A DNA stretch of 64,000 nucleotides from Candidatus Sulfomarinibacteraceae bacterium (GTDB lineage Bacteria > Acidobacteriota > Thermoanaerobaculia > Thermoanaerobaculales > Sulfomarinibacteraceae), in assembly GCA_963796455.1 (NCBI GenBank), contig CAWCLO010000004.1, positions 768,001-832,000 of the forward strand, given 5' to 3'. Position numbers and translations under genes: made by a program. Shown here one piece after another: positions 1 to 9,698 of this stretch. Positions within the stretch are counted from its first letter, which is position 1. The number at the start of each line of letters is the position of its first letter. The notes under the pieces are model-generated. The model saw only the letters and a list, made by a program, of their open reading frames with translations, did not search any database and had not been told where the DNA came from.

Positions 1-1131
1 TAGCGAGATCGCGGTGTTGACTGTGGCGATGTCGAGATAGGTTCGCTTGCTGACCTTTTCGAAGTTGAAATGGCAGGCGGTGCCGGGTGCGCGGAAGCGC
101 AACCACTCAACCAACTCGCCTGGTTGAAGATCGAGCTTCTTGTAGTCGAGGAAAAAGTCATTGAGCGGCAGATGCCGGCGGTTGTCGCCGTTGATCAGAC
201 CGATCTCGGAGTCGAGGGCGAGCAGGATGATCGTCATGTCGCCGATGGGTGATGCATTGACGATATTGCCTGCGATGGTGGCCCGGTTGCGGATCGGCAG
301 CGAACCCATCAAGGTCATGGCGCCGGAGAGATCGCCCACCACCTCGGCCATCAGTTGCGACTGCTTGAGATCTTCGGCGGTGGCAGTGCCCGCGAGATAG
401 ACCCATGGATCTTCTCGCCGAATCGGAACACCGCTCGGGGTCGGCAGAACATAGACGTCACCGGCGTCGAGATCATCGGGTCGTTGGACATAGAGATCGG
501 TACCGCCGGAAATAACGACCATCGCTGGAACCGAAACCTCCGGCGGTGCGGCGGGAATCTGCGGCACCTGGCCGGCGATGTCGAGAAAATAATCCGGCAG
601 ACAGCCCTCGGCAATCAGGGCGGGGATACGATCCTCGCGTGGTTCGACCCTGGCGCGCAGCCCATCGATGACCGTCTCCATGGCTCGGATGATGGAGGAG
701 TAGCCCGTACAACGACAGATGTTCCCCGCCACGGCCTCGACCGCCTGATCGATACTCCACTCGGTGGCCTCGAGCAGATAACCGGCAAAGGAAACCACGA
801 AACCAGGGGTACAGAATCCGCATTGGGATCCTCCCTCGGTTTCGATGGCTGTCTGGAATGGACTCGCTTCGGCGGGGTTCAGTCCTTCGACGGTGACGAC
901 ATGCTGTCCATGGAGGGCACCGGTCGGCAGCAGACAGGATGTGACCGCACGATACTGCATGCCGCCGCTCACCGAGCGTCCAATCAGGATGACGCAGGAT
1001 CCGCAATCACCCTCACGGCAGGCATGTTTGACTCCAAGGAGGCCCGCTTGATCTCGAAGAAAGTCAAGGGCGGGCAGGCCCGGGTGGCCTGAGTATTCCA
1101 CCAAAGAGTCGTTGAGCGCGAATTTCAGCAT
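1..1131 (-). CDS. xdhA: Xanthine dehydrogenase small subunit (2Fe-2S + FAD-binding), 3'-truncated by window edge
   Basis: Not in ORF track (runs off the edge). My translation from ATG 1131: MLKFALND..KHACREGDCGSC..VTSCLLP..SQCGFCTPG..GNICRCTGY..SGGTDL..IRNRATIAGNIVNASPIGD..FEKVSKRTYLDIA. Confidence 0.92.
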   Translation of the reverse strand, partial: MLKFALNDSLVEYSGHPGLPALDFLRDQAGLLGVKHACREGDCGSCVILIGRSVSGGMQYRAVTSCLLPTGALHGQHVVTVEGLNPAEASPFQTAIETEGGSQCGFCTPGFVVSFAGYLLEATEWSIDQAVEAVAGNICRCTGYSSIIRAMETVIDGLRARVEPREDRIPALIAEGCLPDYFLDIAGQVPQIPAAPPEVSVPAMVVISGGTDLYVQRPDDLDAGDVYVLPTPSGVPIRREDPWVYLAGTATAEDLKQSQLMAEVVGDLSGAMTLMGSLPIRNRATIAGNIVNASPIGDMTIILLALDSEIGLINGDNRRHLPLNDFFLDYKKLDLQPGELVEWLRFRAPGTACHFNFEKVSKRTYLDIATVNTAISL

Positions 1132-1207
1132 GTGTTCCGCCCCGATCGTTCAGCTCGCATCGCACACCGCTTTCGAGCCCACTGAGAGTGGATCTCGAAT
1201 CAGGGTA

Positions 1208-3349
1208 TCACGACGAAAGGTGGACGTTTTTAAGGAACTCGGCGAGCTGTGGTTTCGATAGAGGCCGAGCCAGAAAGTATCCCTGGCCGTACCGGCATCC
1301 GAGGTCCACGAGGCTCTTCATCTGATTCTCGGTTTCGATGCCTTCGGCGACCACCTCGAAGGTCAGACCGAGCCCGAGACGGAGAATGGCCTGTACCAGC
1401 GCCGCAGCTCCGAGGTCGGTTTCGATCTCGTCAACAAAGAGTTTGTCGACCTTGACCACGTCGACCGGAAAGCTCCGGAGGTAACTCAGCGAGGAGTAGC
1501 CGGTCCCGAAGTCGTCCAGGGCGAGTCGAACACCGAGCGACTTGATGGCCCTCAGCTTGCTCGCGGCCTGTTCGACATCGTGCATGATCACGCTTTCGGT
1601 GATTTCCAGAACCAGTTGATCGGGATCAAGGCCCGATTCGTGAAGATCCAGGGCCAGGTTCGAAACAAAGTCCGGCTCGCGGATCGTGTTGGGAGAGAGG
1701 TTGACATGGGCGGATGCCGGGCTGGCGGCAAAGATGCCGGAGTTCAGTTCTTTGACCCGCGCACAGGTCTGTTGCAACACGAATCGGTCGATTTTCGGCT
1801 GCAGCCCCGCTTCTTCGGCCAAAGGAACGAAAGAAACGGCCGCCACCAGACCTCGAACCGGGTGATTCCAACGAACCAGGGCCTCGAATCCGTGAACCGA
1901 AAGATCCTCGAGATTCATCAAGGGCTGGAAATAGACGTCGAGGCCCTCTTGCTCCACCGCCCGCCGCAGATCCTGTTCGAGATCGAGACGGTTCATCGCC
2001 GATGCCTGCATGGATTCTTCGAAAATGGCGATCTGACCCCGGCCGCGGTCTTTGGCGGAATGGAGAGCATTGAATGCCCTCCGCATCATCTCCTCGGGTC
2101 GAATCTCACTCGAGTATTCCATGGCGATCCCGACGCTGGCGCTGAATCGAACCTCACGGTTTTCGAGGAGAAATGGTTTCTGAAGATCGCCGAGGATCCT
2201 GTTGGCGGCGCCGATGGCCTCTTCCGAGTCAGTGGCTTCGAGCAGAATAGCGAACTCGTCACCCCCGAAATGACCGACCGAATCGCCGGCCCGCACGCTC
2301 GATCGCAGGCGTTCGGCAAAGGCTACGAGGACCTCGTCGCCCGCGGTGTGCCCCAGACTGTCGTTGACCCTTTTGAAATCATCGAGATTCATGAACATGA
2401 GAACGACCGCACGGTCCGGCGGGCGCCGACGAGCGAGCGCGTTGCCGACCCTGTCGAGCAATAGCGAACGATTCGGCAGACCGGTCAGTGGATCGTGCAT
2501 CGCCTGTGTCTGGCCCTGTTGGCGAATCTTCCGGGTCGCCTCATAGGCCTCCGCGTTGGCGATCGCGGCCCCGGCCTGTTCGCCAAAGGATGTCAAGACG
2601 CGAAGATCGCGTTGGGTATATTCTCTGCCGGCCTGGGCATTGAGGCTCAGTACTCCGATAAGCCTTTCGCCTGCGGTGAGCGGAACGCAAAGCGCGCTGG
2701 TCGAGCGCGAATCGTCCTCCCCCTGGCGATAGTGCTTCCAATTGATGGTCCCGCCGATCAGGACAGCTTCGCGGTCGGCGGCCACCTTTCCGGCAATGCC
2801 CTCGTTGAGCATCACGCTGGCGCCGCGGGCAGAAGTGAGACCCGAAGAGCAGACGGTCTGGAGTTCATTGACTCCCTGCAGGGTCATGATCGATCCACCG
2901 CGGCCGTCCAGGAGCTCGATCGAGCATTCGAGGATGGTTTGAAAAACCTGTTGGATCTCGAGTCGGATATTCGCCTTTTTCCCGCCCTCGATCAGCATGT
3001 TCGTTTCACGGAGACTGTTGCTCAATCCGGCGCTCAAGACGCGTTCGTCGATCAAGTGCTGGGTCATCGAACGCAGCTCGAATTCTTTCTTGACAGCAAA
3101 AACGCTGAAAACCAGGACCACGACCATCAGCCCGAGGTAGAAAATCCCCCGGGACGAAGTGAGGTTGTTGCTGGTTGTGACCCAGAAGAGCACGTAGGAG
3201 GTGACGGCAACAATCGAGATCAGCAGGAAAAGAGTCAACGACCACATCTGGAGACGCCGCTTCTCGATGGCTTCGAGTTGCGGAGACTCTTTTTGAGTGA
3301 GCCCGGTGACGTGCCCATTTCCGGATTGTTCGACGCTGCTCGATGTCAT
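1208..3349 (-). CDS. Membrane-anchored GAF-GGDEF-EAL diguanylate cyclase/phosphodiesterase
   Basis: Two N-terminal TM segments, GAF, HDPLTGLPNR, GGDEF, FEALVRW, LDDFGTGYSS, VAEGIE. Confidence 0.93.
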   Translation of the reverse strand: MTSSSVEQSGNGHVTGLTQKESPQLEAIEKRRLQMWSLTLFLLISIVAVTSYVLFWVTTSNNLTSSRGIFYLGLMVVVLVFSVFAVKKEFELRSMTQHLIDERVLSAGLSNSLRETNMLIEGGKKANIRLEIQQVFQTILECSIELLDGRGGSIMTLQGVNELQTVCSSGLTSARGASVMLNEGIAGKVAADREAVLIGGTINWKHYRQGEDDSRSTSALCVPLTAGERLIGVLSLNAQAGREYTQRDLRVLTSFGEQAGAAIANAEAYEATRKIRQQGQTQAMHDPLTGLPNRSLLLDRVGNALARRRPPDRAVVLMFMNLDDFKRVNDSLGHTAGDEVLVAFAERLRSSVRAGDSVGHFGGDEFAILLEATDSEEAIGAANRILGDLQKPFLLENREVRFSASVGIAMEYSSEIRPEEMMRRAFNALHSAKDRGRGQIAIFEESMQASAMNRLDLEQDLRRAVEQEGLDVYFQPLMNLEDLSVHGFEALVRWNHPVRGLVAAVSFVPLAEEAGLQPKIDRFVLQQTCARVKELNSGIFAASPASAHVNLSPNTIREPDFVSNLALDLHESGLDPDQLVLEITESVIMHDVEQAASKLRAIKSLGVRLALDDFGTGYSSLSYLRSFPVDVVKVDKLFVDEIETDLGAAALVQAILRLGLGLTFEVVAEGIETENQMKSLVDLGCRYGQGYFLARPLSKPQLAEFLKNVHLSS

Positions 3350-3484
3350 CGTCGGTCCCTGCGAATCAAAAATTAATGGCGTTTCGAAATAGGATAACCC
3401 GTAGTTCTTCCGGGTTTTGCCTCGTATATCTAGGGTATCACGGGTGTTGTATACGGCTCGATCGGCACGCTGATTCCGATCTGA

Positions 3485-4915
3485 TCATTGGAGGTCGATC
3501 ATGACCGCGATCGCCATGAAAACGGCAGCCAGGAGCATGAGCTGAAGGAGGAGGGGCGCCATGAATCGCAGCCACTTCTGGTAAGGGACTTTGGCGAGAC
3601 CGAGAGAGGCCATCAGGATGCCGGATGTAGGGATCACCATATTGGAAAGGCCGTCACCGCAGGTGAATGCGAAGACCGCCGTTTGGCGGGTCAATCCGAG
3701 CACATCTGCAAGTGGGGTCATGAGGGGCATGGTTACCGCCGCCTGTCCCGATCCGGAAGGAATGAAGAAATTGAGGGTTGCCTGAAAAACCAGCATTCCC
3801 TCGGCCGCGAGGTAGCGCGGAACTTGCTCGAGCACACCGGCAGCCGTAAAAATCAGGGTATCGAGGATCTGCCCGTCTTCGAGGACCACCGTAATGCCAC
3901 GGGCAAAACCGACGACGAGGGCAGCGACCGTCATTTCCTCCATACCCTTGACGACGGCACGGGTGGCCTCGGCGACGGGGAGTCGTGCGATGGCGATGGC
4001 CACCAGGGCCATGAGGATAAAACCGCCCGCCATTTCGGCCAGCCACCACCCCATTTTCTGGACGGCATACAGGATGAAAACAAAAATGCCGACCGAGGAG
4101 GCGAGGATCGCGAGGTGGGTGGCGCGCAGGGCCGGTGGCTCGACATCGAGTTCCGGTAGATCGAATGGATCGTCCGCCATGAAGGATGTCTGTGGATCGC
4201 GGCGAATCCTGGAACCGTAGCGAAGTACATAGACGAGGGTGACCAGCAGACAGCAGACCAGGAATACAAGGCGAAATCCGATCGCACTGTTGAGCGGCAC
4301 CTCTGCGATGCCCTGTGCGATGTTGACGGTGAACGGGTTGGTTGTCGCCGCCGCGAAGCCGACCGCACCCGCGACATAGACCAGGGCAACACCATAGATC
4401 CGGTCGCAGCCGATCTCCTTGGCGACGATCAAGAAGATCGGAACCAGGGGGATGAACTCCTCGCCCATGCCAAGGGTCGAACCACCAATGGCCATTCCGG
4501 TCATGAGCACGATGGTCAGAGCCTTCCACGAGTGGCGGAGCCGGTCGAGGATGGAATGGACGATGGCCGGAATGGTGCCGGTGGCTTGGAGCACGCCAAA
4601 GACACCACCGATGATGAAGACGAAGAAGATGATTTCGGCGGCCGCCGCCATGCCTCTTGGAATCGCGCTCAAAAAGCCCACAACACTCTCCGGGCTCGCC
4701 ATGGAGGGAACCTTCTCGCCAAAAACCACACCCTTGGCCGAGATGTGTTTCGGGAGGGTTTGATAGGTGTCAGGGACCACGACGGTTCTTTCGACGCCGC
4801 CAACCTGTCGAAGTTCGCGTTCGTAATTGCCGGAAGGTATGACGTAGGTCAGAAAGCTGCAGACGAGAATGATCGCGGTCAACAGCGCGAAGACATGGGG
4901 GATCTTAAGCCGCAT
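3485..4915 (-). CDS. yfcC: YfcC/DcuC-family (C4-dicarboxylate anaerobic carrier-like) amino acid/dipeptide transporter
   Basis: KIPHVFALL, IPSGNYER, TTNPFTVNIAQGIAEVP, FFIPSGSGQAAVTMP, GDGLSN motifs; polytopic membrane protein. Confidence 0.88.
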   Translation of the reverse strand: MRLKIPHVFALLTAIILVCSFLTYVIPSGNYERELRQVGGVERTVVVPDTYQTLPKHISAKGVVFGEKVPSMASPESVVGFLSAIPRGMAAAAEIIFFVFIIGGVFGVLQATGTIPAIVHSILDRLRHSWKALTIVLMTGMAIGGSTLGMGEEFIPLVPIFLIVAKEIGCDRIYGVALVYVAGAVGFAAATTNPFTVNIAQGIAEVPLNSAIGFRLVFLVCCLLVTLVYVLRYGSRIRRDPQTSFMADDPFDLPELDVEPPALRATHLAILASSVGIFVFILYAVQKMGWWLAEMAGGFILMALVAIAIARLPVAEATRAVVKGMEEMTVAALVVGFARGITVVLEDGQILDTLIFTAAGVLEQVPRYLAAEGMLVFQATLNFFIPSGSGQAAVTMPLMTPLADVLGLTRQTAVFAFTCGDGLSNMVIPTSGILMASLGLAKVPYQKWLRFMAPLLLQLMLLAAVFMAIAVMIDLQ

Positions 4916-4956
4916 CGCTCAACCGATCCGGAACAGGAGGCAATGGATGAGCACCA

Positions 4957-5820
4957 TCATTTGGTTGACTGAAGCACGTCTTCATCCTCGGCCAAGGCCC
5001 GGTTGATCATCGCCAGTGCATCGAGCGCCTCTTCCCGATGACTGGTCGCGACCTGTGTTGAAAGAGCGTTGAGCAAGACCGTCATTGCTGCGATGGCATT
5101 GGTAAACATCATATTGTCGCTTTTGACCGTCAACGCCCAACGCGCGAGGCGAGCGGCCGGCGCCGTCGGACGATCGCTGAGAGCGACCGATGGAATTCCG
5201 AGCTTCCCGACATCGCTGAGGATGTCGAGGCTTTGGCGTGAATATGGCGGCAGAGAGATGACCATCACGAGGTCTCGCTGGGTGATTCCGACCAATTGCT
5301 CGCAGGGGGATGAAAAACGGGTCGAGAGGGTTGTCGCGCGGACTCCTACCTGGAGCAGCGTATATGCGGCGAGCTCTGCAAGGAGCGCGGAGACTCCCAT
5401 GCCAAAGGTATAGACGCAGCGTGCGTCAAACAGTGCCTCGGCAACCTCGGCGAAGTGGCGCCGGTCGAGCGCCTCGACGGTACGGCCGATGTTGGTGACT
5501 TCGAGATTTGCTACCGAAGCCAGCAAGTCCTCCGCGACTTCCTCGGTCTCGTCGCCTTCGCCGTGCAGGCGATTCTGCAGGATTTCGACAAGTTCCATTT
5601 TGAGTTCGGAGAACCCCGGGTAGCCGATCCGCTGGGCGAACCTCACGACGGTGGCTTCAGAAACGCCGACCCGGCGCGCCAGTTCAGGAACCGAGAGAAA
5701 CGGCACGGTGGTCAGGTGCTCGATCACATAGTCGGCTAGCGACCGCTGCTGCGGCGGCAATTCGCCGCTTTGCTGGAGCAGTCGGTCCTTGAAGTCCATT
5801 TCTGGCTTTGCCTGTTGCAT
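4957..5820 (-). CDS. RpiR/MurR family transcriptional regulator (HTH + SIS)
   Basis: LARRVGVSEATVVRFAQRIGYPGFSELK HTH; SIS domain. Start chosen at ATG 5820 (ORF extends to 5853). Confidence 0.9.
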   Translation of the reverse strand: MQQAKPEMDFKDRLLQQSGELPPQQRSLADYVIEHLTTVPFLSVPELARRVGVSEATVVRFAQRIGYPGFSELKMELVEILQNRLHGEGDETEEVAEDLLASVANLEVTNIGRTVEALDRRHFAEVAEALFDARCVYTFGMGVSALLAELAAYTLLQVGVRATTLSTRFSSPCEQLVGITQRDLVMVISLPPYSRQSLDILSDVGKLGIPSVALSDRPTAPAARLARWALTVKSDNMMFTNAIAAMTVLLNALSTQVATSHREEALDALAMINRALAEDEDVLQSTK

Positions 5821-5902
5821 CGATCCCCCGTACTCAGAGAATACTATCGCCACCCGTTCCGCGACCGCCCTTGCCGAGATCTCGAGAACTCAGCGTGGGG
5901 TG

Positions 5903-5986
5903 TTGACAGCAACCGTGGCACGCCGTATCTTCTCTGTATGCTATTGGAAATTTCTTCTATGTCAACAGATGAAATTATCGTTTCAT
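5903..5986. promoter_or_regulatory. Overlapping divergent sigma70-like promoters and palindromic operator between rpiR and TonB receptor
   Basis: Plus strand TTGACA(5903)-17-TATCTT(5926); minus strand TTGACA(5965-5960)-16-TAGCAT(5943-5938); inverted repeat ATGAAA-ttatcg-TTTCAT at 5969-5986. Confidence 0.55.
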
Positions 5987-6005
5987 TCGGAGAAGGGGAG
6001 GGATC

Positions 6006-8777
6006 ATGAAGACAAGCGCGCGGGTTCTTTCAATGCTGATGGTGTTCGGGATGGTCTTGGCGGTGGTACCGGTATTTGGGCAGGGCCAGGTGTCGGGGCT
6101 GATTCGGGGTACGGTTTCGGATTCCCAGGGGGGAGTGATGCCTGGCGTCACGGTCATCACCCGGTCCGAATCTCTGATCGGTGGCCAGAAGGTGGCGATC
6201 ACCAATGAACAGGGCACCTATCGGTTTCCGTCGCTTGCCCCAGGAATCTATGAACTCGAGGCACAGCTCGATGGGTTCCAACCGGTCCTGCAGCAAAATG
6301 TCGTGGTGAGCCTCGGCAAAAGCATCGAGATGGACCTCGTGCTCGGTGACATCACGATCTCCGACGAAATCGTCGTCATTGCCGATTCGGTCCAGGTGAA
6401 CACGATCTCCAACAGCACCGACTTCAACCTCGGAACGGTGTTTATTGAACGCCAGCCGGTGGCTCGAAACCCGACGGATCTGATGAACTATGCTCCCGGA
6501 ATTCAAAACGACCAGGCCTATGGAGCTCCGTCGACGTACCAAAACGCCTTCAACATGGACGGAATCGATGTCTCCGATCCCGAGCTCGGGTCGCAATGGG
6601 TATTGCCGAGTATGGACTGGGTGCAGGAAGTTCAGGTGGCAGGACTGGGTGCCGACGCCGAATACGGCGGGTTTACGGGCGCGGTGGTCAACGTGGTCAC
6701 CAAATCGGGCGGCAACCAGTTCCACGGCGATGTGCGGGCCTACTATTCGGGTGGAAGCCTCAACTCGGACAACGCTCCTCCGGGGGTCGAGGGCACGAAC
6801 AAGCTCGACTCCGACATCGATGTGAGTGCAAGCGTTGGTGGTGCCATCATCCAGGACAGCCTTTGGTACTTCGTTTCGGCGAACCGACGCGACATTGACG
6901 TGCAACCGTTTTACGCCGACAACGCCCCGATCGACGATCGCGCAAATAACACCGAGGAGAACACGCGAATCCTCGGCAAACTCAGTTGGCAGGCCAGCAA
7001 TTCCAACAAGCTGGTTTTCCTCCTCGACTCGGATGACAAAAAGGAAGACTATCGGGGCGTCGGGAATCTGACGCTCGCAAGCAACGCCGCGCGCCAGGAC
7101 TCACCCAATTTCGTCTACAGCCTGGGTTGGGAATCGGTGATCGGCAACTCGAACTTCGTCACCGCCAAGATTACCGGCTATTCCGGTTCCGACGACCGCC
7201 TGCCGTACAATGGCGACATCCCCGGCCGGCTCGACCGCGAGAGCCGATTCCGGTGGGACAACCTCAACAGCACCTCGAAGAAGGACGTCGAGCGCGTCTC
7301 CGTCGATGCCTCGTGGTCGCTCTTCGCCGATGGGCTGCTGGCGGCCAACGATTCCCACAACTTCAAGTTCGGGTTGGTCTATGAGGACTTCAGCGTCGAT
7401 TGGACGACTCGACGCAACGGCGGTTTCACCTACTACGACGATTCGTGGAATTGCGGGGACGACGACACCGATCCGGACGAGCAGCTGGGGATCTATTTCA
7501 ATGATCCGTTCTGTGGCGTTTTCTCCTCCGACTGGGGTGGGGAGTGGGATCTTCACGGCAAGATGGACGGTCTCCATTTCTTTGCCCAGGACGCCTGGAA
7601 GGTCGGCCGTTTCGCGGTCAACGCGGGCGTGCGCTACAGCAAATACACTGGCAGCTTTGCCAGCGGTGGCAATGTCTATGACCAGGATCTGTGGTCGCCT
7701 CGTCTCGGTTTTGTCTGGGATGTTGCCGGCAACGGCAAGGCGGCGATCAAGCTTCACTATGGTCGCTACTACGAAGGCATGACTGCCACTCTCTACGACC
7801 GAGAGGTGTCGGGCAACGCGCAGTCAGACCTTGAGTATTTTGACTACAACTCCGATACCGGCGAGTTCGATTTACCCGCGGGTGGGTCGGTCACAGCGAC
7901 CGCTGAGATGGATCCCGGCATCGGACATCCTTATGTCGACCAGTACGTGGCCACCTTCGAATACCAGATCGCCTCGCAGATGTTGGTCGGTATCGACTAC
8001 ATCAACCGCAAGAATCACAACATCAACGCGATGATCACAGCCAATGTGGATGACTATGATCCGCAGGTCGCTCCGAACAGCCTGTACAACGGCGAGGACG
8101 TGCCGTTTTTTGATCTTCTGGCACCCAACGAGAACCTCATTACCAACCCGAAGGAAGCCACCCGGAACTATGAATCGGTGGCCCTCAGGGTTCAAAAACG
8201 GTATGCCAAGGGTTGGACACTTGACGGTTCACTGGTGTGGTCCGATCTCACTGGGAATGCCGACTACGGTGTTTCCGGATACGGGACCGGCTTCGACGAC
8301 CTCAATGGGTTTGTCAACGCCGACGGCAAATTGCCTTTCAACTCCGAGTGGGTGTTCAAGGTCTCGGCCTCGGTAGACCTGCCCTGGCGGACCCTGCTGT
8401 CAGGTTTCTATCAATACCGGACCGGGGAGTATTGGACCCCGTATGCACAGTTCGATGGCCTCTTTTACAACAACCGGACCGACATTTTCATCGCCGAACG
8501 TGGATCTGAACAGTACGACGACAGATCGGTGCTCGATCTGAAATTCCAGAAAGACATCGCTCTCGGCAGCGCCATGTCGCTGGCACTTTTCGTGGATGTC
8601 TTCAACGTACTCGACTCCGACAAGGTGACAGCGGTCGAGGAGCAATGGGGTTATTACGATTACGTTTGGAACGATCATCCCGATGGCAGCGAATGGGATA
8701 ATGCCTCGTTCTTCATGGATCCGCTCGATATTCAGAATCCGCGGACCATCCGCTTCGGCGCCAAGTTCGCCTGGTAG
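6006..8777 (+). CDS. TonB-dependent outer-membrane receptor with N-terminal carboxypeptidase-regulatory-like domain (Oar-like)
   Basis: Signal peptide, GTVSDSQGGVMPGVTV, plug motif ADAEYGGFTGAVVNVVTKSGGNQFHG, C-terminal PRTIRFGAKFAW. Confidence 0.93.
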   Translation: MKTSARVLSMLMVFGMVLAVVPVFGQGQVSGLIRGTVSDSQGGVMPGVTVITRSESLIGGQKVAITNEQGTYRFPSLAPGIYELEAQLDGFQPVLQQNVVVSLGKSIEMDLVLGDITISDEIVVIADSVQVNTISNSTDFNLGTVFIERQPVARNPTDLMNYAPGIQNDQAYGAPSTYQNAFNMDGIDVSDPELGSQWVLPSMDWVQEVQVAGLGADAEYGGFTGAVVNVVTKSGGNQFHGDVRAYYSGGSLNSDNAPPGVEGTNKLDSDIDVSASVGGAIIQDSLWYFVSANRRDIDVQPFYADNAPIDDRANNTEENTRILGKLSWQASNSNKLVFLLDSDDKKEDYRGVGNLTLASNAARQDSPNFVYSLGWESVIGNSNFVTAKITGYSGSDDRLPYNGDIPGRLDRESRFRWDNLNSTSKKDVERVSVDASWSLFADGLLAANDSHNFKFGLVYEDFSVDWTTRRNGGFTYYDDSWNCGDDDTDPDEQLGIYFNDPFCGVFSSDWGGEWDLHGKMDGLHFFAQDAWKVGRFAVNAGVRYSKYTGSFASGGNVYDQDLWSPRLGFVWDVAGNGKAAIKLHYGRYYEGMTATLYDREVSGNAQSDLEYFDYNSDTGEFDLPAGGSVTATAEMDPGIGHPYVDQYVATFEYQIASQMLVGIDYINRKNHNINAMITANVDDYDPQVAPNSLYNGEDVPFFDLLAPNENLITNPKEATRNYESVALRVQKRYAKGWTLDGSLVWSDLTGNADYGVSGYGTGFDDLNGFVNADGKLPFNSEWVFKVSASVDLPWRTLLSGFYQYRTGEYWTPYAQFDGLFYNNRTDIFIAERGSEQYDDRSVLDLKFQKDIALGSAMSLALFVDVFNVLDSDKVTAVEEQWGYYDYVWNDHPDGSEWDNASFFMDPLDIQNPRTIRFGAKFAW

Positions 8778-8787
8778 GAATATATCT

Positions 8788-8818
8788 CGGGCGGCCCACC
8801 CGGGGCCGCCCGTTTATT
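8788..8818 (+). terminator. GC-rich hairpin after TonB receptor (terminator/attenuator or mRNA stabiliser)
   Basis: CGGGCGGCCC-acccg-GGGCCGCCCG followed by TTTATT. Confidence 0.6.
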
Positions 8819-8828
8819 GGAGGACCTG

Positions 8829-9698
8829 ATGAAGCGATGGTTCACCTTCGCCGTGATTCTTGGTTGTCTGGGTGTCTCTGCCAGGAGCACAGCGGGGGAT
8901 CAAGGTGGCCACCTGATACTCAATGGCGGTGGATCGAAGCCCGACGCGGTGATGGAAAAGTTCATCGAGCTCGCTGGTGGGAACGATGGGTTGATTGTAG
9001 TTTTTCCGACCGCCTCCGCTGAAGCGGATACCGGTGAGTACTATCGCGATCTGTTGAACGGATTTGGAGCCACCAACATCGAGATTGCTGAAGTGCGCTC
9101 GCGGGAGCAGGCGCAGGACGCAGTATTGGCTGAACTGGTTCGTGGGGCAGGCGGCGTGTGGTTTTCCGGCGGGGACCAGCGACGGATCACCGAGGTACTG
9201 CTCGACACGGCGGTCGGCAACGCGGTGGGAGAGGCTTTCAATCGGGGAGCGGTGGTGGGGGGCACCTCCGCGGGAACGGCCTGCCAGAGCGAACTCATGA
9301 TCACCGGTGACGGGAATTTTGAGGTGATCACCGCCGACAACGTGGAGCTGTGGCGAGGTCTCGGTCTGTTCAAAGGGGTCATCGTCGACCAGCACTTCGT
9401 GGCCCGTCAGCGCCAGAACCGACTGATCTCGGTGGTGCTCGAGCATCCCGATCTGATTGGCGTCGGCGTCGATGAGGCGACGGCCGTATGGGTTCGGCCC
9501 GACGGCACCTTCGAGGTCCTCGGCGAAGGTTGGGTCGTGGTATTCGACGCGTCACAGGCCCGCATCACTCTCGGAAGACTCGGCGACGACGCCCAGGCCC
9601 TCGGAGCGACCGGCATGTTGACCCACATTCTGCGTCCTGGTGACATCTACGATGTCGCAAAGAAAAGGGTGGTTCTCCACGGGCCGAGGTCTCGATGA
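8829..9698 (+). CDS. cphB: Secreted/periplasmic cyanophycinase (peptidase S51)
   Basis: Signal peptide MKRWFTFAVILGCLG; SGGDQ, GTSAG nucleophile, DQHFVARQRQNRL, GVDE; RBS GGAGG before ATG 8829. Confidence 0.88.
   Translation: MKRWFTFAVILGCLGVSARSTAGDQGGHLILNGGGSKPDAVMEKFIELAGGNDGLIVVFPTASAEADTGEYYRDLLNGFGATNIEIAEVRSREQAQDAVLAELVRGAGGVWFSGGDQRRITEVLLDTAVGNAVGEAFNRGAVVGGTSAGTACQSELMITGDGNFEVITADNVELWRGLGLFKGVIVDQHFVARQRQNRLISVVLEHPDLIGVGVDEATAVWVRPDGTFEVLGEGWVVVFDASQARITLGRLGDDAQALGATGMLTHILRPGDIYDVAKKRVVLHGPRSR

Noticed and set aside
355..1092. 245-aa plus-strand ORF
   Set aside because: Codon-aligned antisense shadow of xdhA, which carries all the expected motifs on the minus strand.
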